From: Raillietiella orientalis
Lineage: Eukaryota
Assembly: GCA_036172245.1 (NCBI GenBank)
Contig: JAYWIR010000030.1
Coordinates: forward strand, 1,736,001 to 1,800,000
DNA: 64,000 nt
Direction of reading: 5' to 3'
In this document: positions 25,200 to 38,780 of the stretch, one piece after another
Layout: each line of letters opens with the position of its first letter
Position numbering within the stretch: position 1 is the stretch's first letter
Notes under the pieces: model-generated
Told to the model about the DNA's origin: nothing
Seen by the model: only the letters and a program-made list of their open reading frames with translations
The model's database searches: none
Program-made: the position numbers and the translations under genes

Positions 25200-26700
25200 C
25201 CACCACGAAGTGTGGGCGGGAAGGGGCAGGGATCCCCCGGACCGATGAGCGGAGAGGAGGAAGAGCTCCCGCTCCCTCGGGGGATTTGCGGGGTCGGGAT
25301 GGGGAGCCTCCAGGAGAAGAAAAGGCGTTCTACTTACTTCCGGGGCTGCTCCGGGGGTCGGCAGCCTGCCGCCCCGTGGAAGGGGGTCTTACAGTTCAGG
25401 CTGAAGCGCTTTCGGTCCGCGACGGGCAGCTCCTCCTCCTCCTCCTCGGGGCCGGGGGCCGCCTCGACGACGCGCCTCTGGCGCACCAGCAGCTTGCGGG
25501 AGTCCGCGGAACTCCTCCTGCGCCCGCGGGTCACCTTCGGGCCCTCCGCGGACATCCCCGGCGGAAGGGGTCCCTCCGGGAGCGGAGGGAGGGCGGAGGG
25601 GCGGCGCGGGAGCTGCGCCGAAGGCGGGGACGAAGGGGTCGCCGCCGCGGGCCCCCGGCTGGAGGAGGCACAAGGTCGTCCTGCCGCCGCCGCCGCTGCG
25701 GTGGGCAGGCCGGGGGCGCACGCGGCGACGGCGACGTCAGCGGAGGCCCCACCGTCCCGCGGGACGGAAGGCGGGAAGCAGGGAAGCGGGATGCGGCGGC
25801 TGCCCTTCTCGTTAGGCTGGGGCCAAACGCGTGGGCCGTGAGGAAAAAGAGACGGCAACCGGGACGCAGGAGAGGCGGCGTGGGGGGTTCAGGAGCCCTC
25901 CGGGTCCCGAATCTAAAATGGAAATCTCTCGTTTTCCTCCTGCTGAACGACGACCCTTTCTTCCCTATTCCCTTCCCTGTCCGCTTCTCCTTTTCCCTCT
26001 CTTTCCCGACGCCCCGGAGAGGCCCTCCGAGTCTCACGGCAGGGCTCGCGCCCCTGACCACAGACACATGGCACATCCTCCCACGGCGGGAACAGCACGA
26101 CTGCTCACGTTCCGAGCGGCGAGAAGAGGGAGCGAAAGGAGCGAGAGGGGGGCGGAGAGGCTAGCGGCGAAGGAGGAGAAAGGGGGAAGAAAAAGGGTAA
26201 CTGGGCGGAAGAGGAGGGAGGCTACCCTGGCGGCCCCTGCACCTGCTGATGCCACCCTACCACCGCGACCACCACGGCCGCATCCCACTTTTCCCTCCGC
26301 CCCTCACGCGCCCCCCCTTTCCCCCCCGTTCGGTGCGCGCACGCGCGAGGAAGGGATCGATGCTCTGCCTCAGTCCCTCCCCGGCCTCCCGACTCGCCCG
26401 TTCGTCGCGGGCGGAGAGCAAACGCGGGTGCTGCGGAGCAGCTCGCGAAGGCGGCCGCCCGCTCCTGGGGAGGCTGCGCCGCGCGCGTGTCGGAAAGAGC
26501 GAAGGGCGGGGTGGGCGCTGAGGGTGAGCCGGAACCTCTCCCAGGAAGCTGCCCGCGGTGGTGTACTCATGGCGCCGCACTCGTCTCCCGGTCTCTAGGG
26601 GCACCCCCGTCGCCTCCCTCGCAGACATGGCCGGATCGTCGAGAAAGTAGGAGAGGGAGCAGACAGCTGGAGGGGTCCGGGCGCTTTCGGCCGCTCTGTC
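25200..26700. promoter_or_regulatory. CpG-island-like block, candidate promoter and 5' UTR of the distal Cav2 first exon
   Basis: Highest GC and CpG density in the window by eye, with GGGCGG boxes, surrounding and upstream of the candidate exon. Boundaries approximate. Confidence 0.4.
25338..25555 (-). CDS. cac: Candidate distal first coding exon of Cav2 (MSAEGPKVTRGRRRSSADSRKLLVRQRR...PPEQPR-K)
   Basis: Ends at a perfect donor AA|GTAAGT in phase 2, matching the 18431 acceptor. ATG at 25555 is the only in-frame Met of ORF 25334-25858. Lies in the most GC/CpG-rich block of the window. Confidence 0.6.
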
Positions 26701-29639
26701 GGGATCGCGGTGGCCTTGGCAACCAGCTAGGCGGTCTCCTCCCCGGCTATGGACATTATGAGGGGCGCGGGCATCCGCGAAACCCGGAAGGCTCGGCGGT
26801 TGGCCGATCGTTACTCTCCAGCGCGATGAAGGCAGCAGAAGATGAGCGCCCCCGTCTTTGGGGTCGAGTTGACTGAAGGAGGTCCCCGCGCCGTCTCGAG
26901 GGATCCTCCTGCCAGCTCATACCCATCGCGGAGTCGTGGGGCCCAGGAGCGAGGGGACGCAAGGTGGTGTTTCCCAAGACGGAGGACCCACCGCAGTTCG
27001 CAGCTTCACCGATGCAAGTTGTGGGCGCTGCGCCGCGCGTTTTCCTCAAGGAAGAGCGCCGGAAGGAGTTCATGGAGCGTCTACGACCCCCCTCTCCCAC
27101 TCCTCCGCGAAGTCGCAGGAGAACATCTCGGGTGCAGAGGACAGCCGAAAAAAAACACAGGAAAAGAAACTGCTTCCTTCTGGAGGCGTGAGTCGGGCAG
27201 TTCGGAGGACAGGATCAGCTCACTCCTTACGGAGTATCCCTCGGCCTTGCGGCTCGTGCTCGAGGTGAGCCTGCGCTCTCGAAGGGCTCCGAGTCCCCGC
27301 GCCCGCTGCCTCCTCCGCGACGCACCGTCCCTCAGAATGAAATCAGGGGCTCCTGGGCGCGATCGCCACTCTGCTCCCCGGCCTCCCACTGCCTGCAGGA
27401 TAGGAAGCAAGGAGGCTGAAGGCTGCAGAGCCCAGGGGAAACGACCGTCCCGCTTGTCTCCCCTCCGCCCCAGAAAGACCGACTGTTGCCCTTCACGCCG
27501 TCGGCCGCAGCCGGAGGTCTCGCTTTCCCATTCCCATTCCCAGAGGTGATGGGCGGCTGTTCCTCGCGCCGTGAAGGAGCTGAAGGGAAAGAGTAGGGAT
27601 CACCACCTGTTGTCGCAGTTGTGGGAGAATAGATGCGGGTGGTTGAGGAGAAGACACAGAGGAGGAGAAAAGCCAGAGAGCAGCAGAAGCTCCAGCAGCG
27701 CAGTGACGTGCTTGATGGTCTTCGGATCGTCCGAAGAGGCTGAGGGACGTGACTCGTTCCTGCACGACGCTTTCCCATAGGGAAGTGACTCTTTAAGGGA
27801 GAACTCGAGTGATGACCACGAGAGGGCGCGCGCATAGTTCTCTAAGCAATGACGGAAGAGGAACCCCTGAAAGGTCAGTCGAAGAGGCGCGCACGAAGCT
27901 CGTCACGTACATAACCGCAGCTTTCGTGGACCACCCACTCTCTGAAACGGCACGAGCCTTCGGAGGTCAGTCGTCTACGTCAGGGAAGCCGCGGAGCCCG
28001 ACGATCGGGTTTCGGAGAGGGAGGCACCACTGCGAAGCGAGGTCGGCCTCCGCCGGAAGCGGCCCTCGAGCGAAATCCAGGGCGAGGAGCCCTCTTCGGA
28101 GGGGCTGGATGCACGCATTTCCGGCGATCCGAGGTTGGAGCGTGATCACAACGCGCCCCAGGAGCACTGCGTGTGCCTTCTTGCCGGTGCCTCTCGATCT
28201 CTGCAGAGCAACAGCTGCCTAGGCTGCTCTTCCGCGTGGGGACTCCAAGCCTCGGAGAGTCGCCAATCCTCCAGGCAAGCCGAGCTCTCGCGTGCGAGTT
28301 TGGCGGAGAAAAGACTTGGGCAGTCCTCTCCGCCAGCGTCGGGAGACTTGGGCGGGGAAAGGGAGCCGGAAGGAAGGTAGACGCACGCCAATGATCCATT
28401 TCGACTCGTAGCGCCTTCTCTGCCAGGGTGCGTGGGAATGCAATCGATCCTCTTGCTTTTGTTGGTCCATTCTTCTTTCCAGGAATCTTTCGGACGTGCA
28501 CTGCGGTGAATGCAGGCTCAAGTTTCTCCGAAAACTTGCCCCTCACCGTGGCAACCGCGCGGAACCTCAAGCAGATTCCCATCCTGTCTCTTTTCCGTTC
28601 ACCGAGCTCTGGTTTCCATCTCCTCACGTACTCGAGAGTATCTGCATTTGGTCTCACAGACTCCGGCATCCCTCTAACTCTCTTCTCCCTGTGGAAAGAA
28701 CAGAATTTCTTCCTGTGCTTTTCGCGCTGAATGCAAATACAAGCAGCAAGTGCTCTTCTTTGAAGGAGATGCGTGCTCCACAAGCCTCCCTGGGATAAAT
28801 GACTTCCCGGAACACAAGAAACCTCGAGATTTCGAAACACTGCACAGAGATGACCTCTCTGAAAATGGTCTGCTTTCTGCTCCTGGCCGACCACTTTTAT
28901 TATCTACGATTGCTTTAAGCCACAGGCATGGCCATTTCCGGCCGTTCTGGAGTCTTCGACGAGGGCTTTGTGTGGCGAAGGTTTTAAGAAGACTTTCGTC
29001 TCTACCCCGGGATGCACCCCTGCGTGTTTGTGCGTGTATGTGTGTGTGTGTGGGGGGAGGGATTCGTGCCCGCTGAAGCAGCCGAAAAGTCCAAGCGCTG
29101 TTAGGAGCACATGCCCTTCAGGCTGTCGTCGAGTCTCATACAGGCGCGTTGGACCTTCGAGAAAGGGGCAACCCGGGATTCCGCCGGCTCCAAGCCCTCA
29201 TGGGGCACGAGCAATAGCTTCCCCTGGCGCTGCCGCCTCTCCGCAGCCGACTTGGACCCTCCCGTTGTCGTCAGCGGGAAGAGGCAGCTGCGCCTCTTTT
29301 CGCTACGATGAAGCTGCAGCTTACGTGAGCTGCAGCGCGGGGCTGCATGGCTTTCCCTTGCGTGGAGAGACGCCCAGGTCAGGGTATGGTCACGCCCTGT
29401 ATCGGGTCCGTCTGGAAGGCACCACCCGCGGGAAGAGTCGCGCGCTCGCGCCCTCAGTCGCTGATCATGAAACTCAGGCTCTATAGCCAGGATATGCGAC
29501 CTGACAGGTCAAATGAAAAGGACGGTGCAAAACCCCGCAGGACGTGGTGACCTCCGTATCATCGGTATGGGGCACCGACCCGCGATTCCGGCTGGACGTA
29601 GAGCCCCGCGACGAAAGATGGCTTGCTATAGCCGGCGGC

Positions 29640-30150
29640 TTCCTCCCCCGCCAAACAACGCTGCAGAGAAAGGAGACGTAGGGAACGAAGCAGAGGAAGG
29701 AGGGTGAATGCGGAAGCTGGGTGTCCACTTATCCTCAAGAGCCTGCTTGGGTGTGATCGCGGCTTCCCGTATCCCCGAGACGTGGTGTAGCATACAAGTG
29801 GGACTCTTGAAGGGAGAGATTCTGCCAACGTCCACGGAACATGGATGGGATGTAGTGGCGGCAACGCGACGAAACGAAGAAGGGGAGAATTCGGTGATGA
29901 ATCTCCCCATGTTCGTCCCCCGAAAGGCTAGAAGAACCGAGTGTGGAGGCGGAGGAGAATCGTCCGCCAGCATGTCCCATCCCTGGCAAAACGACGGCAA
30001 GGAAAAAATGCGGTCTCTCAGGGAAGAAAGAGAGAGGCGGGCGGACATGTCCCCCTCCGTTCTCCCCCCTCCTTCCATTGCAGAGCAGTGGGCAAATGGC
30101 TTCCTCATCGGTCCCTCTGCGCCACTGCCGAGCGCGCGCGGCACACGCAG
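29640..30150 (-). mobile_element. Decayed LINE RNase H domain
   Basis: Degenerate motifs in the expected order: FSLPSFCQ (LP..CSVF.AE), RFITEFSPSS (II.SDS.S), TCMLHHVSGIREAAITPKQA (H..V.GNE.AD..AK.A). Confidence 0.4.
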
Positions 30151-30265
30151 CCAATCTCGTCAGACGCGCTTCTTTCCCTCATTCTGGTGCATTTAGGTCA
30201 GATTAAACGATGATGATTTTCTCTTTCTCTCGATTGGGGAGACACTGGGATTCTTTTCCTATTTA

Positions 30266-30315
30266 ACAGACACAGACACACACACACACACATACACACA
30301 CACACACACACGCAC
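30266..30315. repeat. Imperfect (CA)n microsatellite
   Basis: Read directly from the sequence. Confidence 0.95.
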
Positions 30316-32799
30316 AAAAAGATCGCAGCTGATAAAGTAGGATCAACTTCCTTTTTCCATTTGATATAAAGAGTCTGCACAGATCGCATAAATCTCCGGA
30401 CATGTCCTGGGAGATCCCATTCTGGGAATTACGCGCACGTGACTGGATTCCTTCGGAATTCCATGGTTTCCTTCACCAATGGCTCTCTCCCGATTAGAAG
30501 CCGCGGCTTCGATTGCAAATTCTATCGGTGCTGATAGATCAGACTTTCTAGAGGAGGAAGAGGAGGAAGGGAAGGCAGCGTAGGGGATGCAGGAAACTAG
30601 GGGATAGCGCCGCCGCTCTCAGGAGCGTTCTTTTCGGGTGAGTGGGAGCAACCTTGCAGATGCTGCTGTACCGGTCACGTCGAGGCCGCTCAGAGAAGAG
30701 ACGGGAATCGGCCCAGTCTAGGGCGGGCGGGTAGGTTGGGAAGCGGAGGAAAAGGGCACAATCAGACCGTGCTCCCCCCTGCCCTTCCAGCAGGGGTTCA
30801 ACCCCGTCATGCTTCCCTCGGAGAAGGGAAGGTTGGCTGTCTATCCGCGCTGCGCCTCCACCCTGGAGTTAGGATAACGGCAGCTTCGGTAAGACGAGCA
30901 CCGAAAATAAAGCAACGAACGGGACCCTACCAGCTGCGGCAAACATCCGGGAAACACGAGCGCTTTTCATGCTCTTTCAGGAACTTTCATTTTCCCGGTA
31001 AAGCGCCTCGATAACGATGACGATTTTATTTTCTCCGAACGACATTCGGAGAAGATGAAGTCACCGTGAACGGACGGTCACTTTCAAAAGACTCTGTGAA
31101 AACCGACAAACGGTAGCCGAGGAAACAGCCAGGAGTGCCAGTGTTCGGAGGCAGGACAAGAAGTGCCGCCGCTGTGGACGGGAAGGATGTGCCTTTTGCT
31201 TCGCCTTCTGGGGGCGAGGTCGCCATGAGAAGAAGCGGTTTCCCGCGCCGCTGCTACCGATCGCTGGTCACCCAAACCGGGTTGCCCGCAGGTGTTCCTG
31301 ATGACCCGGCCCAACTTTTTCGCGTGTGCACGCTCCACTGCTCGCTAGCTGCCTGCCTGCAGTGCACTCCAGGGAGATTTTCTAAGCCGATCCGATTTCC
31401 CGGGATGACGTTTCGCGACGGGGTTGAGATGGAACACCGGGCAAGAAGTGGTCCCCATGCTTTTCGAGAGCTCGGGATTAAGTTTCTACTTCAATCAGCA
31501 CGTTTCTGAGCAACCGGGGAAAGGGAGGAGGGGGGAGGAGGAAAAAAAAAAGGAAAACTTGGGACACCCGTTCGCATCCATTCATTACCGAGCCTATCCC
31601 GCGGAGACTGCCTCCCTTAATTTGCAGCTGCAAATGCCTGAGAACACGTTAACCTTCCCCCGTGATTTCGTAGAGAAACCGGTGCTGTCTAATAAAATGG
31701 CATCACGCTTCCTTCGTGAGTAATCATCTCGTCAAAAGATACCAGGCAAGTAGGAAGTCCACTGGACTGGGAGGGAACCCGGAAATGAAAGTGTCCTCCC
31801 GCTCCCGTGTACAGGAAGAGGAAGAAGAGACTCTTGTTAAAAGGGACGGCGGATGGATGAATGGAACGAAAGAGATGCCGCTGAAGAGGAGAATTTCGTT
31901 TGTGGAAGGGAAGGTGGAGCCGATGGGTCCTTCGTTCGAGGAAAATGCGTGGGTTCTGAACGGAGTGCGCTCTCGCAGCCGAAGAGCGAAACTACGCGTG
32001 CTTTTCGCATCGACTTCCCCACCCTTTCCGCCCCTATTTTGTTTATTTCAATTCCGTATTTCCTCCTTTCGAAAAAGAAGTCTATCTAGAGGATGATCGA
32101 TCAGATGTGGGACCGCAGCACTCTCGCTCGACTCTCGCGCGTTCGGTCCCGAAAGCCGCTGCGGACGCCGCCCTCGAGCCACGAATACGCACGTCTCGCA
32201 AGATGGGCCGACCGAGATCAACGCAGGCCTCTGCCGTATTTGGAGAGAATCGACTGGTGTGTACTTTTGAAGGCACATCCGGCATCCCGGGGATGTGAGG
32301 CGCGTAAGAGCAACCGGTCGGAAGGAATCGTTTGGGTGAAGGAAAGCGGGAATTTGTGGGACGCTCGAGGTGTCTCGGTGGGTCAGCGGATAAGGGAAAA
32401 AGGAAAGGGAGGAGCAAAAGAAGCGCAATAAAACCGAACCTCCCTTTCCAGGAAGGTGCGCCATGGCAACGGAGCTCCGAGGCTCTCGATCCATATAAAC
32501 CAAACTTGTTTTTGTGGATAACACGAAGAGTATAGGGTTAAACTGGTCGAAGGAATTGCAAGCAAAGACTCAACTGTTGTGGAGCGCGCGTCTGAGCGCT
32601 GAGTAGGCACACTGGACTTCTGTCCAGAATCCGCACCTGTCGTTCAAACAGTAGCTTCCTCAAAAGTGTCCGGGTTCTCAACTGGACTGGACGGAAACAC
32701 AAATCTTGGAAGGGTTGAGGCAGCCAGAGGATCGCCATGAACGCGGCGGAGAGCCATTCTACGCGGCAAGTTCAGCCACCTCGAAAGGTCTCTGTGGGT

Positions 32800-34600
32800 G
32801 ACCTCACAAAACTTGGATTCGGAAATCCTTTCGTGTAGTTATGATTTCCCTCCCAGACAACAAAGAGGAATTTGAAGAAGGTTTTGAAGAATCGGTCGAG
32901 TGTTGGCTTGGAGGCGGAGGAGATGTGCTGCTGCACCATGAGGAGAAAGATAAGTTACAGGTGGCTGGGGTAGCTCGACAACCTATGATGGATGCAAGTG
33001 CTCTGAACATTTCGAGATGAAGGACCCCAGATAACTATCGGAGAATTCACATTTGGTAAACACGCGAGGAGCAAATTTACCGCTGGATTGCGCAAGCACC
33101 GGCGCAGGAAAACTTGGAGCTCCCTCATCGACAGGCATCCAGGAAGCCATCCCCTCCGTCAGCCACTTCTCGCATGCCTGGCAGTATCTGCGATTCTCCG
33201 ACTGCCGCTTCACGCATGGTGCTACTCGATGGGGCGCTCCTACTGCACCGTGAGGGCGGCGGCGCTCGGAATGGGAGGAGTTTCTCGACGCACCGTGCTC
33301 CCGACATCTGGACAAGAACTTTTACCCCGGTTGCTGACGCGATCAACCACATCGAGGAAGATGAAAGCTGGCGTCCTCGAACCCAGTCCTTCCGGAGAAC
33401 ACCTTGAAAGTCCTCCCCGCCCTGGCTCCCCGAAGCGAAAGTCAAGTCGTGGTGCTTCGTGTTGCCTGCGCTTGCGAGGAGCCGCAACAGCATTCGCAGG
33501 AGCACAGCAAAGACAGGAAACCAAACACGGAAAACTGTGTCTTCGTTGTTTGCAGACAGAGGGGTCTCGGCTTGGGTAAGAACGCTTGTGGTGGTAGCCC
33601 TGGAAGCCTGGCTGCGACGAAGAACGACCTCGGAGAATTTGGAATCCATCGGGCAAAGGAAGAAGACATGAAGAGGAGGACGTGGCGCACACCGTCATCC
33701 GGCCACATCCTGCATGGCTAGGGCATTTTTTAGGGAGAGATCTTGGTTCGCCCTCCAGGATGAACGACCATCGGTAGGAAAAAAGGATAAGGGGAGTTGC
33801 AAAGGATCTCCCAAACGCTCATTGTGAAAGTGAGATTGAAACTGACCCTTGGATAGCCCAGCAAACTGAAGAGAGACCAGAAGCAGCGATACCAATCAGA
33901 GTTGCAGCCGATCTGGCAGAGTGCACGCTCGTGAACGAAGTCGAACCTTTCGGGAAAGTTCGGGGAGAGAAGAGGAGCAAGGACGTGCTCCGCTGCGGTT
34001 ACGAAATGCGACGTTTCCCGGTCATCGCGAGCTGTGCTTAACGTTTATAGGGACCCTGCGAGAACGATGCCCCGAGAAAGTTGAACTCCAGAGTCCCGAT
34101 CTCCAAAGCTCTTCTGGTGCTCCGCAACCCTCGGAGTTGTCTACCAGAGAAGCACATGTCAAGCCAGCCGGAAGAAGGGACCTTCGTCGAGACCACCTCA
34201 TCCGGATGAGCTCCGGAAGGCCAGCTGCTTTATGAAGAATTCTGAATCCCTCCCACGTAGAACTGAACTTGGAGAGGACGATGTGTGTGAACATCCAGAA
34301 CGGCCGGACAAGTACCGGGGACAAATCTCAGGTCTCCTGCAAGCATGAACAACGGTCTGCGAACGATCCCCCTGTGGCAAAATCGCGCGAGAAATTGCCA
34401 ACGTTCATGCCACGAACCAAAATAAAAGGAATCCCAGGATGGGCGGGGCACATCCTATAAACGACTGTTACTATTAGAGGGATAAACAAAAGAAATCTTA
34501 GTTGTTCTGGCCGGGAGGCTTTTGTTTGAGAAATGGAGTAGCGGGCTGAAGATGCGATGCCTGGCAGCACTTTCAATCCAGAAGTCCATTTCGAAAACCA
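32800..34600 (-). mobile_element. Decayed I-group LINE ORF2 (RT core and thumb)
   Basis: Colinear across frames: ILPQGDRSQ (G.PQGS.LSP), SKGQFQSHF (D..L.F..H), GRSSWRANQ (G..WGA), VVLRRSQASRATTTSVLTQAETPL (ALR.ITGA...TP...L..EA..PL). Confidence 0.55.
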
Positions 34601-37199
34601 GGGAATTTCATTTATTTATTTGTTTTTTTCTTCAAGATATCGTTTGCATGTTTTTCACCAGGAAAGACTCCAGCGCAATTTTGGATGACAGGAGGATTCC
34701 AGGCGTAACAAAAGGGAGCGTTGGATGGCAGCTTCAATTAACGACTCGTAGATACACACGCGACTGCTCCGCTTCGTGGGAGTCCCTACTTGCGGGCTGA
34801 GTGCATCCGAATGCCGTTGGAAGACTCGAGTCTTCCCACATCATCACTCTCCAAGACGAGTGGGAATCAAGCTTACATCATCCGCTCGCATCCTGCATCA
34901 GGAGGGAATGGAAGGGGAATTCGCGGTCGGTGATCTGGAGATTCTATTCCTACTTGGGCACGCCGGAGGGAGTCAGAAAAAAAAATCTTTCCGAGCAGGT
35001 CCGTGACCATGCGGACGCTACTGAATCCGGAATTCTTGGGTGGCTGGACGAGGGGAGGCGGAGGACCGCCCTAGAGGAAGCTAGCAGAGCCTGAGCTTGA
35101 GGATCTGTTTATAAAAGGAAGAGGGACTGAAGACGCTCGCTCGATCCGCGACCGGACGGTTGCAGCTCTGTGGATGAGAATGAATCCGCCCACTCTCGCG
35201 TGCGCATGGTGCCGATGCTTTCTTGCATCCGCCTATCACGGGCAGTAAGCAGGGTTGCCACCGTTTTCATCGGTCCGTTTCAAAGTGCTCTGAAGGGAGA
35301 GTGATCCTGGCATCGCTGCAGGTTCAAGGTCACGGCCATGGGGTTCTCGAAATTTTGTTGCCGTGCCACGGTAAGGAAACTGAACTCGCTGCTGCCACGG
35401 TGAGAACTGCGCTGAGAACACTAAAGCACCTGCGCCTCGGAAGCTCTCTCCCATGTTAGTGTTACTCCTATGCTCGCATCAGCAGCCTTTCAAGCCCATG
35501 TTGGTGCTGGTGTCATTTTCCTCTTCATCCTGCACTCATGAATTTATGATGACGGAGTTTGCTCGAATGATGCCCGGAAGTTATCAAAAGTTAATTGTCA
35601 GCCCTCATCTGAAGCGCAATCGTTAGCGAAGTGATGCGGAACCCAAGTCCGCAAGACTGCTCTATGGACCTTTTTGCTTGTTTGTGTGGGTCAGAAAGAA
35701 GCAGGAAGGTACCAGATCTCTCCTTCGAACGGTGGCACATCACATACAACAGCAAGTACCGGAAATATAGACTCTCCCCCAGAAGACTCGGTTTCAGCCA
35801 AACTCGATACCGATGGCCGCAAAGCATTCTTTCATCGATTCTTGAAGCGCCGAACAACCGATCCTTTCCTATAGGGGCGGCAAGTTTCCGGGAGCAGCGT
35901 AATCTCTGGACATTAAAGCGTCACGCCATGCTAGACTGCAGCTAAATTCTAGGGATGATCGGGGACAGGGACAACAGGGCAGCAAACATCTTCTTGCAAC
36001 TAATGTGGACGATCGTTCATCTCTTCTCGTTAACCCATGTAATGATGCCTCGGCTAACCTTCCTCCCTCCCGAGTTGCAGGTTTCGCTATCGCCAAAGGG
36101 GTGTCTCCGGATATCCGCCGCTGAACGAGGATCCGTTACGAGGGAGCAGTAACGCCTTCGGTTGAATCGCGGAAGGATGAAAGAAACTTCAAAGTCGGAT
36201 TCTCCGCCTGAGCTAATTGCACTAATTGCTTCTGGTATGCCTGCCATTTGCTGACCCACGAATCCTTAATCACTCGTTAGGTCATTAGTACCCGCGTTGC
36301 GGATGGAGATGACCCAGCTCCTTCCTCAAAAAAAAAGACCGGCAGTTTGATCCCGGTTTTCTTGAGACTAGCTCAAGTAACAGTCCTACACTAGAAAAGG
36401 GAAGAGCTCTGCGGGGAACCTGCAGCGAAGGTCATCCCCAGCACAGCCTCAGGATAGGTCCCCCTTCTCCTCCCCCCTTTCCTTATGAATATTCAGCGGG
36501 AAGGTGAATATTCATAAAGGAATATCTAGGAATGTTCTCGAAAAGTCTTGCGGGAGATAATTTATTCTGCCGCTCTGCAAAGTTTGGGACCGCATGATAT
36601 CTCACGCAGATCATCATTTATTATTCTTTATCAGGGTCTCCATTTTTCATTAATTCCGAAAGCTGTAGAGATGTGCAGGAAGAAACACACACTAAATAAA
36701 ACCAATGAATTTTACATAAATCTAATTCGTCTCTGTGCCTAAGATAAACGCATAATCAGCTCGTAAAAAATGCACATCTCGCTTGGAAAATTCATATTGC
36801 GTGGGTCCATCGTTTCCCGGAAGGTATTTAGGTAATCATAATCCAGAAGTTCCATTTCACCAAGAGTGAGAGCCATGGAAACCTAATCAAGTCCTTCAGC
36901 GGATGTCGCACTCGTGATCTTTACATTTGATGACGAGAATCATCATTTGATGATGAATGGAATTCAGAAGGAATAGGACCATGTTCTGATTTCAGTTTAC
37001 ATACAGCCCAAGAGTGTACTTTCTAGCGCGTTAGCAGGGAAGATTCCACGGAAGTGCAGTTTTTTCACGGAAGCGAAAAAGTGAAAAGCTCCCCTGAGGG
37101 ATTCGGGCCACGCCTCCAGCCTCCCTAGTCCGACGTCGTCGCACATCGCATCGGTATCGCGAGCTGCGGTCGCAAGACCCTGACCTGAAGTAGGTGCTA

Positions 37200-37700
37200 A
37201 TACCAGCAGCCACCTCTCAGCCACCTTTCCGCCCAACTCTGAGGGAGTCACATGGAAAATTCAGCTTCCCATGCTTTTCCTGTAGGGAGTTTCTCCCTTT
37301 CGGGTGGTCGTCGTCCACGACGACGCAAAATCACGCCGAGCTCAGTGGATCCGGTGATCTCGAGAGAGCATGTGAAGAGGATTATTTGCCTGAGCAAGTG
37401 GTGGGGGTGAAGAAGAGGTTTCCGCGACCCCGCCACATGAGCGACAGTGCCCAAAGATGCCAACAAGTCCAACAGATGCTCCATTCTGAGAGCGAAAGGC
37501 AAGACCTGTTGAGGGAGCTGTCTTTGCGAAGGTGTTCTCTGTGCACTCGGAACGAGAGACTGTTCCTTCGAGCGCCACGAGATAGAGAGGGCGCAGGAGG
37601 CTACGCAGGACGAGCTAGACGCGACTCAATTCCAGGCTGCCTTTTACGCACAAAGTTCACTTGTCCAACTTCACCTGTGCTACTGAACCAACAAAACCGG
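37200..37700 (+). mobile_element. Decayed LINE ORF1 (gag-like, zinc knuckle) fragment
   Basis: LPEQVVGVKKRFPRPRHMSDSAQRCQQVQQMLH resembles LP..V.IG..RF.VR.Y....RC..CQ.FGH. Confidence 0.4.
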
Positions 37701-38402
37701 AAGTGACTCGTTTTTCGAGTTGCTCTTCGTATCGTCCGTTCCACTCATGAGGACCGACACATCAGGGTGGTGGTGTACTAGCTGAAACGATGGTGAAGAT
37801 GACTGAATGGACAGCCATTTCTCAGGAGCAACCGTGTACCAGAACCAGCACTATTCTTTATCTGTCTTGACCACAGAAATCACTGCCCACACAAGAAAGC
37901 GGGACAGATGGAAATGAAGATACCGAACGGCATCGTCTACAAGAGCAGACAAGGGGAAAGTCCGTTGAGGGATTGACAGCACTGCGAAATGAAACGATAG
38001 GACACATGCACTTTCCTCAAGCAGCATCAAGCGCGGCAACGCGTACTGCAGCGCCATCGAGACGAGTGATGCAGTGAAGCAGCCGCCTCAGGTTCATCTT
38101 GATGCTGTTCGCTCGCATCTGCCTCCATTCGGAGGAATCTTGTGATCCGAAAACCGAAGAATGCATCCATGCTCCTTGAAGAACGACTAGCAGCGAAGAT
38201 GATGAGGAAGGTGGGGAGCCTACCCCTCAAGAAAGGAGTGTTTTTTTCCTTCCTGGTCAGTTTTGATTCGGCACGTTCGAAACAGCAGTTTCCAGAGGCT
38301 GAGGTCATGTCTTTTGGTCATGTCTATGGCTTTCTTCCTTAGAATGAGCTTCTGGTGAGAATCTGGCTAAGTTTCGATTGCCACAAGACAGCTTTGCCGA
38401 AT

Positions 38403-38780
38403 ACAATCCTTCATTCACGCTACCAATTAAATAGCTAATTATTATGCTACCTTAGCACGGTCAAAATACCGCAGCTGTTTAATGTACACTGAGCAGACCC
38501 TACCTTACATCGCTCATAAGAAAATGTTTCTAAGAAACATTTTAAACAAATTTTTGCCAAGTTCCTTATAATGTCCTCACTTCACAACACTCTTACTAAT
38601 TAAAACATTATTTCACATAAATTATTATTAATTACATTTTATTTATATAATACCTTAAAAATCAACATTAATTTCTTGTTAAAACCCTATAATAGCTACC
38701 TCTAAGCCCATAACTCATCACTACTACTTTACAGCTACAAAAAAAAACGAGCTTATCCCTGCTCTTTTGCTTATTAATAA
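38403..38780 (-). pseudogene. rrnL: NUMT, fragment of mitochondrial 16S rRNA (rrnL)
   Basis: Minus strand shows, in order, GGGATAAGCTCG, AAGGAACTTGGCAAA, TGTTTCTTAGAAACAT (16Sar-primer-like site) and GCTGCGGTATTTTGACCGTGCTAAGGTAGCATAAT. It is an AT-rich island in a GC-rich context. Confidence 0.9.
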
